Below, in pieces: positions 1 through 9,272 of a stretch of DNA of 64,000 nucleotides (position 1 is its first letter; the number at the start of each line of letters is the position of its first letter). The stretch is from an uncultured Thiothrix sp. GTDB lineage: Bacteria; Pseudomonadota; Gammaproteobacteria; Poriferisulfidales; GCA-002705445. The notes below the pieces were generated by a model. That model did not search any database. It saw nothing but the letters and a program-made list of their open reading frames with translations, and was not told where the DNA came from. The stretch is from NCBI GenBank assembly GCA_902595225.1, contig CACJPG010000001.1, forward strand, positions 71,269-135,268, given 5' to 3'. The position numbers were made by a program, and so were the translations under genes.

Positions 1-879
1 ATAGTTTCAAAAATACCTTTAGCCAATCGTTCTGATGTATCTAAAAATAACAAGAGAGCACATGAGTATGCCCAATTAATACTTAAGGCCTATGAGTTGG
101 AAGAGTCTGTTAGTATCAAAATTAATAAAAGTATCCCAGAACATTCAGGCTTAGGCTCAGGAACACAACTTGCTTTAGCAGTTGGATCAGCTGTATCAAA
201 ATTATTTAATCTAAATTTAAGCTTGATGGATATCGGGAAAATTTTAGATAGAGGTAATAGATCTGGTATCGGTATAGGGGCATTTGAACATGGCGGTTTT
301 TTAATTGACGGAGGCAAGGGTAAATCTGATGATCTTCCTCAAATAACAGTTCGTCATAATTTCCCAGATAATTGGAGAATAGTTTTATTAATTAATCAAA
401 GAGAAAAAGGATTGCACGGTAAAAAAGAATTCAATGCTTTTAAAACATTAAAACCTTTTCCGATTAATAAAGCAGAAAAGCTGTGTCATCTTGTCAACAT
501 GGTAATTTTGCCGAGTATAGTTGAAAAAAACTTTAGGGACTTCGCTTGTGGAATTGGAACGCTCCAACAGATTGTTGGAACACATTTTGCTCCTATTCAA
601 GGAGGAGTTTACTCGAACCCAGATATTGCAAGAATAATGAACTTTGTTGAGAACAAAGGTTTTACTGGTATTGGCCAAAGTTCGTGGGGACCTACAGGGT
701 TCATCTTAACTGATAGCGATACTTCAGCGCATAACTTAGTTAGAGAAATTAGGAGTAATTTTTTATGCAAAGATTTAACGATTGATATTATTAAAGGAAG
801 AAATACTGGTTCAGTTTTTAAATCAAATTACAAAAAAAATGAAATTAAACAGATAAACAAAAAAATTAATAAGGAATAA
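1..879 (+). CDS. mptG: Beta-ribofuranosylaminobenzene 5'-phosphate (RFAP) synthase, GHMP family; 5' end lies outside the window
   Basis: Frame open from base 1; IPEHSGLGSGTQLALA, RGNRSGIG, GGFLIDGG and GQSSWGPTGF motifs; directly upstream of mtdB. Confidence 0.92.
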   Translation: MVSKIPLANRSDVSKNNKRAHEYAQLILKAYELEESVSIKINKSIPEHSGLGSGTQLALAVGSAVSKLFNLNLSLMDIGKILDRGNRSGIGIGAFEHGGFLIDGGKGKSDDLPQITVRHNFPDNWRIVLLINQREKGLHGKKEFNAFKTLKPFPINKAEKLCHLVNMVILPSIVEKNFRDFACGIGTLQQIVGTHFAPIQGGVYSNPDIARIMNFVENKGFTGIGQSSWGPTGFILTDSDTSAHNLVREIRSNFLCKDLTIDIIKGRNTGSVFKSNYKKNEIKQINKKINKE

Positions 880-881
880 AT

Positions 882-1784
882 ATGAGCAAACCATTAATTA
901 TGCATATGTTAACAACTGCAAAAAATTTAAGTCCATTTGATGTAAATATGGCATTTGATGCTGGATGGGATAAGTGTGTGCCTTATACTTCTATAGAAGT
1001 AAATGAGGTCGAAGGTATTGTGCAAGATACTATCTTTTCAAGACCACCTGGATTAAATAAAACGGGTATATTTGTAGGTGGTAGAGATCCACATAAAGCA
1101 ATTGAAATGCTTAACATCTGCAAAAAATCACAAGTTCCGCCTTTCACAGTCTCTGGGTTTGCTGATCCAAGTGGAGCTTTTACAACAGCAGCTGGAATGA
1201 TAGCCAAAGTAGAGCAAGCATTGAAAAATAATTACGATACTGATTTCAACAATCTTTCAATTCTAGTTTTTGGTGGAACTGGACCTGTTGGATGTATTGC
1301 AGCAGTTCTTGCAGCAGGTTCTGGTGCTGACGTAAAAATTTTAGGAAGAAAAAAAGAAAAATGTGATGAGATTGCAAGATTTTGCATTGATAATTATCTT
1401 GATTCGTCATCTAAACTTAAGGGTGCATCAAATGATGAATTTAAAGATTATGTTTCTGAGGTAGACGTTGTTCTAGCAAGTGGTGCTGCAGGTATACAGC
1501 TTGTATCTAGCGAAGATTTAAAAATAGCAAAAAAACTAAAAGTTGCTGCAGATGTAAACGCTGTACCTCCGTCAGGAATAGCAGGTTTAGATGCAATGCA
1601 GGACTGTAAAAAGCTTGAAGACTCAATTTCGGAAGCCATAGGTATAGGAGCTCTAGCAATTGGGCAAGTTAAGTATCAAGCCCAAAGTAAGCTATTAAAA
1701 AAAATGGCAACAAGTGATAAACCTATTTACTTAGACTTTAATGATGCTTTAAATGAAGCTAGAGAGTATGTTTCCTCAAAATAA
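882..1784 (+). CDS. mtdB: NAD(P)-dependent methylene-H4MPT dehydrogenase
   Basis: SPFDVNMAFDAGWD, IFSRPP, DPSGAFTTAA, GGTGPVG, DVNAVPP motifs. Confidence 0.92.
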   Translation: MSKPLIMHMLTTAKNLSPFDVNMAFDAGWDKCVPYTSIEVNEVEGIVQDTIFSRPPGLNKTGIFVGGRDPHKAIEMLNICKKSQVPPFTVSGFADPSGAFTTAAGMIAKVEQALKNNYDTDFNNLSILVFGGTGPVGCIAAVLAAGSGADVKILGRKKEKCDEIARFCIDNYLDSSSKLKGASNDEFKDYVSEVDVVLASGAAGIQLVSSEDLKIAKKLKVAADVNAVPPSGIAGLDAMQDCKKLEDSISEAIGIGALAIGQVKYQAQSKLLKKMATSDKPIYLDFNDALNEAREYVSSK

Positions 1785-2886
1785 TTTAGTATTTATAGGG
1801 AATTCACTTGTAAGCATAAGCCAGTCAGTTAAAAAACTAAATAAAAGAGTTATTAATATAGACTCATTCAATGATACCGATTTAGTTGGGGAAAATTTTA
1901 TAAACTCTGATCAGCGAGGATATGTTAATCAAGATGTCCTTTTGGTATTAGAGAAACTCAATCTTAGGAAAAATGATACGTTGATTGTAGTCTCTGGTGA
2001 ATATGATTCTGATAAAGATTACTATAATGAACTTAGTGAATTTGGATATATTGCAGGAAACAAGCAATCTACCATACAAGAAATATACAATCATGAAAAA
2101 CTTTTTTCAAAGTTATCTAAAAATAATATTAAATTTCCAAAAAAAATTTCCCCTGATGAGGCTAAGAAATCAAAAAACTTTTTAAAGAAAAACTTTTATT
2201 CTTCTGGAGGCTTAGGCATTCAAAAGAATATAATCCAGAAACAAAAAAAGAAAACAGATTTTTACCAAGCTTATATTGAAGGTGATGTATTTTCAATTAT
2301 CTTTATTTCAAATAAAGATAAAAAATTTTCAATAGTAGGAGTAAATAAAATATTTTCAAAAAATACTAATTTATCAGATTTTACATTTTCAGGAGCACAA
2401 TCAAATGTGTTACTTGATAAAAAGTATATGAAGAGACTTGAACATATGATTAATTTTTTCGTATCAGAATATGGACTTGTTGGTATTAATGGAATTGATT
2501 TTATAATTAAAGACGATATTTATTTTCTAGAGATAAACCCAAGGATAACCCAAACATGTTTCATGTATGACGATTTGTTCTTAAATGGCTTTATCGAAGC
2601 TCATATTGAAGCATGCGCACAAAATAGTATTTCTTTTAATTTAAAAGATCGAGTTATTTCTTATGCTTTCGAGACAATGTTTGCTAAGAATTCCTTTAAA
2701 TTTAACTTAGATTTAGATAAATTTAATTTCTTGATGAATATTCCTCATAAAAATACTTTTATTGAAGTTGGTCATCCTATATGTACAATATGTATAAAAT
2801 CAACTAAGACTGATGACTTGCAAATGCTTCTAAAAGAAAAAGTTGATTTTTTTAAAAGAGAACTTAATAACGCAGAGATAGTATAA
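1753..2886 (+). CDS. orfY: ATP-grasp protein OrfY (methylofuran polyglutamate side-chain synthesis family); start may be 1768
   Basis: IDSFNDTDL, GINGIDF, FLEINPR, GHPICT; position between mtdB and mch. Confidence 0.8.
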   Translation: MKLESMFPQNNLVFIGNSLVSISQSVKKLNKRVINIDSFNDTDLVGENFINSDQRGYVNQDVLLVLEKLNLRKNDTLIVVSGEYDSDKDYYNELSEFGYIAGNKQSTIQEIYNHEKLFSKLSKNNIKFPKKISPDEAKKSKNFLKKNFYSSGGLGIQKNIIQKQKKKTDFYQAYIEGDVFSIIFISNKDKKFSIVGVNKIFSKNTNLSDFTFSGAQSNVLLDKKYMKRLEHMINFFVSEYGLVGINGIDFIIKDDIYFLEINPRITQTCFMYDDLFLNGFIEAHIEACAQNSISFNLKDRVISYAFETMFAKNSFKFNLDLDKFNFLMNIPHKNTFIEVGHPICTICIKSTKTDDLQMLLKEKVDFFKRELNNAEIV

Positions 2887-3846
2887 ATGATTAGCGTAAA
2901 CCAAAGGTCGCAGCATCTAATTGAAGATTTAATTGATAAATCTGACTATTACAGAGTAGGTATTAAAAAGGGCTATAAAAATTGCACTATTATTGATGCC
3001 GGGTTAGACGTTGAAGGCAATATGGAAGCTGGAAGGGTAGTCAGTGAAATTTGTTTGGGTGGTCTTGGTAGAGTTCACATTTTAAATTCTACTCAAACAA
3101 ATGAATGGCCTTTGACAATTCATGTAAACACAAATGACCCAGTAATTGCCTGCCTTGGCTCGCAATATGCAGGCTGGAGCCTGAAGTCCGAGGAAAGTGA
3201 TAGTAAATTTAGCGCTTTAGGATCTGGACCTGGGAGAGCTCTTGCTCTCAAAGAGCCACTTTTCAATGATATAAATTACTCAGACAAATTCGATAGAACG
3301 TGCATTGTTCTTGAGGTCGATTCTTTTCCGCCAGATGATGTAATAGAAAAAATTTCCAAAGATACTAATGTCTCCGCAGATAATATAACTATAATTATTA
3401 CACCAACATCAAGCATTGTTGGGAATATTCAAGTTGTTTCTAGAGTGCTAGAAGTAGCCCTCCACAAAGCTCATGAACTAAAATTTCCAATGAGTAAGGT
3501 AATAGAGGGTTTTGGGAGTGCACCAATACCCCCAACATCACCAGATTTTTTAACTGCTATGGGAAGGACAAATGACGCAATAATTTTTGCGGGTATCACG
3601 CAGCTTATCGTTCGCTGTTCAGATGATGAGGCAAAAGAGTTATGCAGTAATATGCCAAGTTCTAATTCGAATGACTATGGAAAGCCTTTCGCTGAAATTT
3701 TTAAGGACTATGATTATGATTTTTTTAAAATCGATGCTAATTTATTCAGTCCTAGTAAAGTAATTATCTCTAACGCAGATACAGGAAATACTTTTGTTAA
3801 CGGTAAAATAGATAATGACCTTATGAAGAAATCCTTTGGGATATAA
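2887..3846 (+). CDS. mch: Methenyl-H4MPT cyclohydrolase
   Basis: EICLGGLG, ACLGSQYAGW, LGSGPGRALA, MGRTNDAI, FFKIDANLFSP. Confidence 0.96.
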   Translation: MISVNQRSQHLIEDLIDKSDYYRVGIKKGYKNCTIIDAGLDVEGNMEAGRVVSEICLGGLGRVHILNSTQTNEWPLTIHVNTNDPVIACLGSQYAGWSLKSEESDSKFSALGSGPGRALALKEPLFNDINYSDKFDRTCIVLEVDSFPPDDVIEKISKDTNVSADNITIIITPTSSIVGNIQVVSRVLEVALHKAHELKFPMSKVIEGFGSAPIPPTSPDFLTAMGRTNDAIIFAGITQLIVRCSDDEAKELCSNMPSSNSNDYGKPFAEIFKDYDYDFFKIDANLFSPSKVIISNADTGNTFVNGKIDNDLMKKSFGI

Positions 3847-3852
3847 ATCATT

Positions 3853-4728
3853 ATGTATTTGATTTTTACTGAGGATGATGGATGGCATACAAATCAGTTA
3901 GTTGATGCCTTCAATAAAAATACGAAAGATGTTCGTCTAATCAAAATTAATGAAACCTCAATTAGTATTAATGATAACCCAAAAATTTTATATGAAAATT
4001 GTGAAATTCCTTTCAAAGAGATTGATGGTGTTTTCGTAAGAGGCATACCAGGAGGCACTCTTGAGGAAATTTGCTACCATCTTGATATACTTCATTTCCT
4101 TGAACTGGAAAAAGTTACTGTCTACAACAATACTGTTTGCATTGAAAAAAGTGTCGATAAGGTAAGAACGTCATGTATATTAAATGCAAATGGAATAAAA
4201 ACACCAGAAACATTTGTTACAACTAATATAAGTCATTTAAAGAACTTCCAAAGTTTGTATGATGAAAACGATCTTGTGTGCAAGCCAATTTTTGGTTCAC
4301 AAGGTAAGGGGTTAGAAATCATAAATTCAGATAATCCGCATCCTGATTATGAATCACTTAATAAAGTTTATTATCTTCAGAAATTTATTAGTCATCCAGA
4401 TAAAAAATTTATTGATTGGAGGTTATTTGTTGTAAATAAAAAAGTTATAGCCTCAATGGCGAGAGAAGGGACTTCATGGATTAATAATGTTGCTAGCGGC
4501 GCATTATGTAAACCTTTTAAACCTTCTAAAGAAATGGTAAAACTTGCAGTCAATTCTTCTGACGCTCTTGGAATGTATTATGCTGGTGTAGACATAATGT
4601 TAGGACCTGATGGATATACAGTTACTGAAGTAAATAGTATTCCTGCATGGAAAGGAATACAGTCTGTCTGCAAGGATATAAATATTGCAGAAATAATGAT
4701 TAATGATTTTTTAAAAAAGTGTAATTGA
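3853..4728 (+). CDS. orf5: RimK-like glutamate ligase Orf5 (C1 cofactor glutamylation)
   Basis: GWHT, VFVRGIPGGTLEE, KPIFGSQGKG, EVNSIPAWKG; follows mch. Confidence 0.88.
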   Translation: MYLIFTEDDGWHTNQLVDAFNKNTKDVRLIKINETSISINDNPKILYENCEIPFKEIDGVFVRGIPGGTLEEICYHLDILHFLELEKVTVYNNTVCIEKSVDKVRTSCILNANGIKTPETFVTTNISHLKNFQSLYDENDLVCKPIFGSQGKGLEIINSDNPHPDYESLNKVYYLQKFISHPDKKFIDWRLFVVNKKVIASMAREGTSWINNVASGALCKPFKPSKEMVKLAVNSSDALGMYYAGVDIMLGPDGYTVTEVNSIPAWKGIQSVCKDINIAEIMINDFLKKCN

Positions 4729-4735
4729 ATAATAT

Positions 4736-5581
4736 ATGTTAAGCGAAACCCAAATAAAAATGGCATTTGAATATGCTTGTAAATTAGATGTTTTTTCTAT
4801 AAAGCCAGGTAATGTGCTATTAAATTACCCGGCATATGGCATGACTCATAAAGATTTTTTACAAGCTTCTATGGCATGTTCAGATATTATTTGCGAGCCT
4901 AACATGGATATTGGAGACAAAGTATATGAATGCATAAGTGCATCTATGGACGTTGTTGGATGCAATGCAAATCTTGGAATTGTATTGCTCTGCGTGCCCA
5001 TTGTTGAAGCTTTATATTTGGATAAAAATCGAATATTTAAGCAAGAAAATTTGATGAGCACCATTTCTGAAATTAACGAAAAGCAGACAAAAAAAATATA
5101 TAAAGCTATAAATCTTGCATCAGCAGGAGGCATGGGCGAGAAAGATAAATTTGATCTTAATTCATCAAATAACAAAAATTTTACTTTTATGGAGGCGATG
5201 AATTACGCAAGTTCATACGATTACATAGCTTTACAATATAAAGAAAATTTTGACAATATTATCAATAATTTGGCGCCAAAATGGAGAGAATACTTTAAAA
5301 ATTTTAATAGTGATGAAAATGCAACGACCGCATTATTTCTTGATCTTATATCTGTTGTCCCTGACTCACTGATAGCCAGAAAGTATGGCATTGATAAAGC
5401 TAAAGAGGTTTCAAGCAAGTTTTTAGAGCTATCTAAGGAATATTCTTGCTCAAAAAACCCAAATTCATTAAATAATCAGTTGTTATTAATGGATTCTGAG
5501 CTTAAGATACAAGGGTTAAATCCAGGTACTACAGCAGATGTTGTTGTTGCAAGTATCTTTCTTAATCGCTTGGGTTTATAA
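4736..5581 (+). CDS. orf7: CitG-like triphosphoribosyl-dephospho-CoA synthase family protein Orf7
   Basis: KPGNV, NANLGIVLL, PDSLIARKYG, LNPGTTAD. Confidence 0.88.
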   Translation: MLSETQIKMAFEYACKLDVFSIKPGNVLLNYPAYGMTHKDFLQASMACSDIICEPNMDIGDKVYECISASMDVVGCNANLGIVLLCVPIVEALYLDKNRIFKQENLMSTISEINEKQTKKIYKAINLASAGGMGEKDKFDLNSSNNKNFTFMEAMNYASSYDYIALQYKENFDNIINNLAPKWREYFKNFNSDENATTALFLDLISVVPDSLIARKYGIDKAKEVSSKFLELSKEYSCSKNPNSLNNQLLLMDSELKIQGLNPGTTADVVVASIFLNRLGL

Positions 5582-5608
5582 TACTATAGTTAGTCTCTAA
5601 CAGATGTT

Positions 5609-5655
5609 TATAATGAGAATTAACTATTTTACTTAAATTATTATAATAATAGGAG
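5609..5655 (+). promoter_or_regulatory. Putative internal promoter -10 box and ribosome-binding site for fae
   Basis: TATAAT at 5609-5614 and AGGAG at 5651-5655, 7 nt before the ATG; TATAAT is common by chance in AT-rich DNA. Confidence 0.4.
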
Positions 5656-5662
5656 TTTTATC

Positions 5663-6187
5663 ATGGCAATAAATAAAGTTTTAGTAGGGGAATGTCTAGT
5701 TAACGATAATGACCCAACAGGAACTATGGCAGAGATTGCTCATATCGATTTATTAATCGGTCCAAGAGGCTCAGCAGTAGAAACAGCATTTTGTAACGGA
5801 CTTTGTAACAACAAAGACGGTTTTACATCTCTTTTAGCTGTAGTTGGTCCAAACCTAGTTTGTAAGCCAAATACAATGATGTTCAACAAAGTTACAATCA
5901 AAGGCGCAAAACAAGCTGTCCAAATGTTTGGCCCTGCGCAGAAAGCTGTAGCTATGGCGGTTGCTGATAGCGTTGAAGCCGGAGTAATTCCAAAAGGTGA
6001 AGCTGATGACTTATACGTATGTGTTGGCGTATTCATTCATTGGGAAGCTAACAGCGATGAAGCTATTTATGAAAACAACTATAAAGCTACCAAAGGTGCT
6101 ATTGAAGCAGCTGTTAAAGGTACGCCTTCAGTTGATGACATGTTAGCTAAAAAAGATGCTACAGATCATCCTTTCCAAGGATTCTAA
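5663..6187 (+). CDS. fae: Formaldehyde-activating enzyme
   Basis: [42 protein letters not shown]-terminal HPF. Confidence 0.97.
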   Translation: MAINKVLVGECLVNDNDPTGTMAEIAHIDLLIGPRGSAVETAFCNGLCNNKDGFTSLLAVVGPNLVCKPNTMMFNKVTIKGAKQAVQMFGPAQKAVAMAVADSVEAGVIPKGEADDLYVCVGVFIHWEANSDEAIYENNYKATKGAIEAAVKGTPSVDDMLAKKDATDHPFQGF

Positions 6188-6204
6188 GCAATCTTTTGAT
6201 ACAC

Positions 6205-6233
6205 GCGCCAACTCTTTGAAGTTGGCGCAATTT
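6205..6233 (+). terminator. Hairpin after fae (intrinsic terminator or mRNA 3' stabiliser)
   Basis: GCGCCAACT-ctttga-AGTTGGCGC perfect 9-bp stem followed by a weak T tract (AATTT). Confidence 0.7.
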
Positions 6234-6272
6234 CAAAAACTATAGAGAGCTTGAGGGAGAATTATTTATTAA

Positions 6273-7430
6273 ATGTCCTCGGATGAAAAGAAAATAAATA
6301 AAGAAGGTTTAACCAACCAAGAATTCTCATTTAAATACTCAGTACCGATAGAATCTGTAATATCAGAAACCAAATCTCATAATCAAGCAAATAAGAAACT
6401 TCATATCAAAAAAAATGGTCAATTACCACTTGATGATGATCAAAAAACAATACTTAAAGCTTACTTTGATTTAGGTCTTCTAATCTCAGAAGAAAATGAT
6501 ATACGAATTTATGAGGATGTAAGAAAACTTAATTATCTTTTTTGGATACAGGAAAAGTTAAAAAAATTAAATTTTCATTTTGTTGAAGAAAATTCATACA
6601 GCGATGAGTCACACAAAATTATTACAAAAAATTATATTACAATACCAAAAAAAGAATTAAGTCTACTTGAAATAAAGGGTTTTGATATTAGAAATTTAGA
6701 ATTATATATTTCGATATTACTTCTACAGAAAGGATATGCGTCAAATAACTTTATTTTCTTGCAGAATGTAAATAAATCCTTGCACGAAAGTTTTGAAAAA
6801 ATCTTATCTTTTTTTAATATAAATATTAAAAAGCTTGAAATTAATGAAAGTAGCAACTTAATCAGACTTGCTACGTCTAATGACTGCAAAAAAATAAGAA
6901 GCATTATTAATAAATATCTTGAGGAAATACCTTGCTTAAATGAAAAGTTTTATTCAAAGAGCGTTAATTCTAGTATTACAAAAAAACTTGTTTTTGATTC
7001 TGCACATTATATATCAGATCACGATGGTAAATGTAAAAATCTTCACGGAGGCAGATATAATATTGAGATTTCATTAAAGGATAGAATTGATCCCATGACT
7101 GGTTTTATAATTGATTATAGCCTCATAAAAAAAATTACGAAAAATCTTATTATTAATAAGTTTGATCATAAAACTCTAAATCTAACTTGTTCTGAACTTG
7201 CCTGGCGTTCTAGCACTGAGTTTCTTGCCATCGTAATATGGGAAATTTTAATAGAGTACTTACCAAGCTTAAGTAAAATCAAAATATTTGAAACTGAAAC
7301 ATCTTTTTGCGAATTTGAGGGTCAATCACTTGATGAGTACTTGAAAAATGGGCCAAGTGAAATCTTATCTTATTTTAAAAATCTTTCAAGAAACCCATCA
7401 AGCAATGAAGACATTGGTCATGTCGGATAA
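6273..7430 (+). CDS. Fusion protein: degenerate LAGLIDADG-like N-terminal region plus C-terminal QueD/6-pyruvoyl-tetrahydropterin synthase domain
   Basis: C-terminal FDSAHY, GKCKNLHGGRY, GFIIDY, FDHKTLN, STEFLA, FETETS match the PTPS T-fold (confident); the ~230-aa N-terminus resembles the LAGLIDADG_2 family by eye (less certain). Confidence 0.75.
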   Translation: MSSDEKKINKEGLTNQEFSFKYSVPIESVISETKSHNQANKKLHIKKNGQLPLDDDQKTILKAYFDLGLLISEENDIRIYEDVRKLNYLFWIQEKLKKLNFHFVEENSYSDESHKIITKNYITIPKKELSLLEIKGFDIRNLELYISILLLQKGYASNNFIFLQNVNKSLHESFEKILSFFNINIKKLEINESSNLIRLATSNDCKKIRSIINKYLEEIPCLNEKFYSKSVNSSITKKLVFDSAHYISDHDGKCKNLHGGRYNIEISLKDRIDPMTGFIIDYSLIKKITKNLIINKFDHKTLNLTCSELAWRSSTEFLAIVIWEILIEYLPSLSKIKIFETETSFCEFEGQSLDEYLKNGPSEILSYFKNLSRNPSSNEDIGHVG

Positions 7431-7438
7431 AACTAATT

Positions 7439-8341
7439 ATGCATTCATGGTTAAAGGATAATTTTGACTATATTTCAGACCTTATAGCCAACAATCGCTT
7501 GCCAAATTGCATAATAGTTACTGGTAATAAGTTAATTGGAAAAGATGATTTAGTTAGAAGTGTTTCACAGCTATATTTAGGGAGAGAAAATTTAGAACTA
7601 AAAGATAATCCAAACTTTGTGACAATAGCTTGCGAAGATGGATCTAAAGCTATAAAAATAGATCAAATCAGGGATGTGCTTGATAATATCTATTTAAAAT
7701 CAGAAAAAAGGGTGGTTTTTATCCAAGATGGCCATAAGCTTAATATAAATGCATCAAATGCCTTACTAAAAATCATAGAAGAACCACCATCAGGAACCAA
7801 ATTTTTTATAACAACTAGCAAAATACAATCTATAATACCGACAATACTTAGCAGAAGTTCTATTATAAAATGTAATAACCCTAATACAGACGATATTAAT
7901 AAATATTTAACCGATTTAGAAAAAATTGACCTTGATAACTATTATGTTTTATCGAACCTTAACAGTAATTATATTAAAAATAATTCTCTAAAGGAGAGCT
8001 TCTCAATTATAAATGATTTTTTTTCTGAAATAGATAGGTTTATCAGTTCAGAGGAAAACATTATCGATGTTTCAAAAAAGTTTTCTGCATATAATATTGA
8101 ACAATTAATAAACGTAATACTCTTTACTATAATTAATTTTCAAAAATCTGATATTTTAAAAAGTAAGACTAGATTCTATGAAGATAATAATAATTTTTTA
8201 AAAAATTATGATACAAATAAACTATTTTTTATTTATGATAAATTAGTTAATATTAAGAAAAATATAAATATTATTCAAAATAATGAAACAATACTATTTT
8301 CAATATGTATATTATTTAAAAAAACTGCTAAGTCGAATTAA
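7439..8341 (+). CDS. holB: DNA polymerase III delta' subunit
   Basis: IKIDQIR, LNINASNALLKIIEEPP, IIPTILSRS. Confidence 0.88.
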   Translation: MHSWLKDNFDYISDLIANNRLPNCIIVTGNKLIGKDDLVRSVSQLYLGRENLELKDNPNFVTIACEDGSKAIKIDQIRDVLDNIYLKSEKRVVFIQDGHKLNINASNALLKIIEEPPSGTKFFITTSKIQSIIPTILSRSSIIKCNNPNTDDINKYLTDLEKIDLDNYYVLSNLNSNYIKNNSLKESFSIINDFFSEIDRFISSEENIIDVSKKFSAYNIEQLINVILFTIINFQKSDILKSKTRFYEDNNNFLKNYDTNKLFFIYDKLVNIKKNINIIQNNETILFSICILFKKTAKSN

Positions 8342-9272
8342 TTTAGTACTTTTATTTTTTTTGTTACCAATTAATTCCTATAGTTCAGAAGTTTTTTTTG
8401 TTGAGAAAGGCTCTGCAGTCATAGGAGATGTTAAAAAAATTAGGGTCTCTGGGTACGAGACTGTTGCTGATATTGCTAATAGGTACAAAGCCGGTTTTCA
8501 AGATCTTCTAATAGCTAACCAAGATTCGCATCACTGGACCCCTGAAGAGAATTCGGAATATATAATTCCATCAATGTATATATTACCCGAAGAGAATTAT
8601 AACGGAATAATATTAAATCTTGCAGAATTAAGAATGTATTTTTATATGCCTGGTTCTGATTTATATGAAAATTCAAAAGTTATCACTTTGCCAGTTGGTA
8701 TTGGCAGATTAGATTGGAAAACTCCTTTAGGAGAAACCTTTATAAAAACTAAAGTTAAAAACCCTACTTGGTATCCACCTAAATCTATTATTTTAGAGCA
8801 TGAACAAAGAGGGGAGTCTCTGCCGAGAGAAGTGAAATCTGGGCCAGATAATCCTTTAGGTGATTTTGCTCTAAAATTAAACGTTGATGGTGGTTATTTG
8901 CTTCATGGAACAAATAAGAAATATGGAATTGGCATGATGGTCTCGCATGGGTGCGTTAGACTTCGAAATGAAGACATAAAATTGATTTACTATAATTCCT
9001 ATATTGGCACGAAAGTTAAAATTATAAACACTCCAATTAAGCTTGGAGTGCATAAAGACCATTTGTATATGGAAGTTCATGCTTTTAATAATAAGGAGGT
9101 CTATTCAAATAATATTGAAAATTTGTTAACAACTGAAAATATATACAAACCAATTACTCATGTAATGAATTTTTCAAAAAAAAATCCAGATTTTTTAATT
9201 AATTGGAAGAGTGTCTTAAAAGCTTATGAGGAATCATCAGGAATCCCGGTTATTATTGGTAAAAGAAGGTGA
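8283..9272 (+). CDS. L,D-transpeptidase (ErfK/YbiS/YcfS type) with LysM-like domain
   Basis: LNLAELRMY, PVGIGR, NPTWYPP, GPDNPLG, LHGTN, SHGCVRL. Confidence 0.92.
   Translation: MKQYYFQYVYYLKKLLSRINLVLLFFLLPINSYSSEVFFVEKGSAVIGDVKKIRVSGYETVADIANRYKAGFQDLLIANQDSHHWTPEENSEYIIPSMYILPEENYNGIILNLAELRMYFYMPGSDLYENSKVITLPVGIGRLDWKTPLGETFIKTKVKNPTWYPPKSIILEHEQRGESLPREVKSGPDNPLGDFALKLNVDGGYLLHGTNKKYGIGMMVSHGCVRLRNEDIKLIYYNSYIGTKVKIINTPIKLGVHKDHLYMEVHAFNNKEVYSNNIENLLTTENIYKPITHVMNFSKKNPDFLINWKSVLKAYEESSGIPVIIGKRR

Noticed and set aside
6273-6970. Intein or active homing endonuclease
   Set aside because: No Cys/Ser...His-Asn splice motifs, the domain is N-terminal rather than inserted, and the catalytic acidic residues appear lost
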